Below, in pieces: positions 63,105 through 64,000 of a DNA stretch of 64,000 bases (positions within the stretch are counted from its first letter, which is position 1; every line of letters begins with the position of its first letter). The notes under the pieces were generated by a model that was not told the origin of the DNA, made no database searches, and worked only from the letters and a program-made list of their open reading frames with translations. Position numbers and translations under genes: made by a program. The stretch covers positions 2,624,001-2,688,000 of the forward strand of contig CH464491.1 in assembly GCA_000002445.1 (NCBI GenBank). Direction: 5' to 3'. The stretch comes from Trypanosoma brucei. Its lineage: Eukaryota.

Positions 63105-64000
63105 AATGTGTGACGAGTTCTTTGGAGACTTGTTAGAAGAAGAGTTGGAAAATTTGGGAAAAGCTGCATTTGTCGTTGGTGTTTCCGGTTTTCTTTTGAA
63201 GCAAGCGATAGGGGCGCGTAGTTTTCTTCGTGGGGACCCCGTGCAAAACAGCATTGTTGCGCACCTTCCCCAGGGATATGACCGGAGCATCATTGCCGCT
63301 CGAGTCAGCCAACCGCTCACAAAAAGCCTAATGATCGACGCACTGGCTATTGGCGCAATAAAAGAACGGTTACGGCGTGCCACTACTCCAGGTGATAAGG
63401 TGGCTATCTTCTCTGAACTCTTTAACACAACACTCGCGGGGATTCTTAGTGCCGCCTACATTCACAGTTTGACTATCACACTTCATGTGATGAGGCACAC
63501 AATGTCTCTCTTGGTATTCGTTCTTGGAAAGCAGGAAGCAAGCAGCGGTACGCGCCGCGCTAATACTTCCTTGCTCTCCAAATTTCGTAGTTGGTGGCAT
63601 CAGGGCACACAGAATTTCATGTTGCAGACACTCTTGGAAAACATGACTCAGCAAATGGAAGCTTCACCCTTCTCGCTCATGATGGATGATGATAATATGA
63701 AGACTGAGGATGTGAAGCAGGGATTTTGTGTAGACGCGCTTCTGCGGCTCGCTGTTCCTCGGGTTGTGGATACTGCACTCCATGTAGTGAATACCACGTT
63801 GGAGGGCAGAGATTCACAACTTTTTAACCTGACGGGAAGCGTGACCGAGGGCGAGATGCGTGATCTACTGCAAACATTGTGCGCAAAATTTGTTTCACGT
63901 GCCACACTCTCGGATTGGCTCACACCACCTTCTGAGGAATTAAAAGACTCGGATGGTGGCGTCTTAAACACCTCACCTCCTCCACAAGGTATGGGGGACG
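63105..64000 (+). CDS. partial CDS (5' part, runs off window end); hypothetical protein with N-terminal hydrophobic segment; possible divergent PEX3
   Basis: Not in supplied ORF track (no stop inside the window). Manual translation from ATG 63105 gives an uninterrupted frame to 64000: MCDEFFGDLLEEELENLGKAAFVVGVSGFLLKQAIGARSF.. N-terminal TM-like helix then helical domain. Position after HslV/Rieske matches my recollection of where the divergent trypanosome PEX3 lies (unverified). Confidence 0.45.

Noticed and set aside
1-64000. Search for prokaryotic/phage defence or mobile-element systems (CRISPR arrays, RM, TA, integrases, IS elements, retroposon/RHS/VSG-type elements)
   Set aside because: The sequence is eukaryotic (kinetoplastid-like). 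No direct-repeat/spacer arrays, no transposase/integrase/RT ORFs other than TERT (whose motifs and size identify it as telomerase, not a retroelement), and no subtelomeric-type repeats were seen.

Overview
This window reads as nuclear DNA from a trypanosomatid, most likely a Trypanosoma brucei-group chromosome (inference). All convincing genes (~35) are intron-less and on the + strand, separated by pyrimidine-rich tracts ending in AG. That layout is typical of one kinetoplastid polycistronic transcription unit processed by trans-splicing and polyadenylation. Prokaryotic categories (operons, CRISPR, RBS, sigma promoters) do not apply and none were found. I found no tRNA or rRNA genes.

Products recognised by sequence are 2-oxoglutarate dehydrogenase E1, a GT25 glycosyltransferase, ESCRT-III Snf7/CHMP3 (Vps24-like), retromer Vps26, an SDR oxidoreductase, two identical tandem RPL29 genes, a BirA-type biotin protein ligase, a bromodomain factor, an actin-related protein, RPL22, a CCZ1/HPS4-type longin protein, telomerase reverse transcriptase (TERT), a Cdc73/parafibromin-like protein, a mitochondrial-type HslV protease, a Rieske [2Fe-2S] protein, and many hypothetical proteins. 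The gene order (…BDF–…–TERT–…–CDC73–HslV–Rieske–partial ORF) matches my unverified recollection of a T. brucei chromosome 11 neighbourhood where a divergent PEX3 follows.

I do not see a defence-island-type 'novel system'. The items most worth a second look are: the perfectly identical RPL29 tandem duplication; a giant (1219 aa) protein carrying an enoyl-CoA hydratase fold; a CCZ1-like longin protein next to TERT; a basic low-complexity plus coiled-coil protein; a very long ER/K-rich predicted single alpha-helix protein; a 2.5 kb ORF-free gap with alternating purine/pyrimidine blocks and G-quadruplex-like tracts; a partial ORF running off the window end (absent from the ORF track) that may be the divergent PEX3; and recurrent ≥10-nt G homopolymers on the sense strand. 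Minus-strand ORFs in the track are shadow ORFs of + strand genes and were rejected. Start codons are first in-frame ATGs and are uncertain for several genes.
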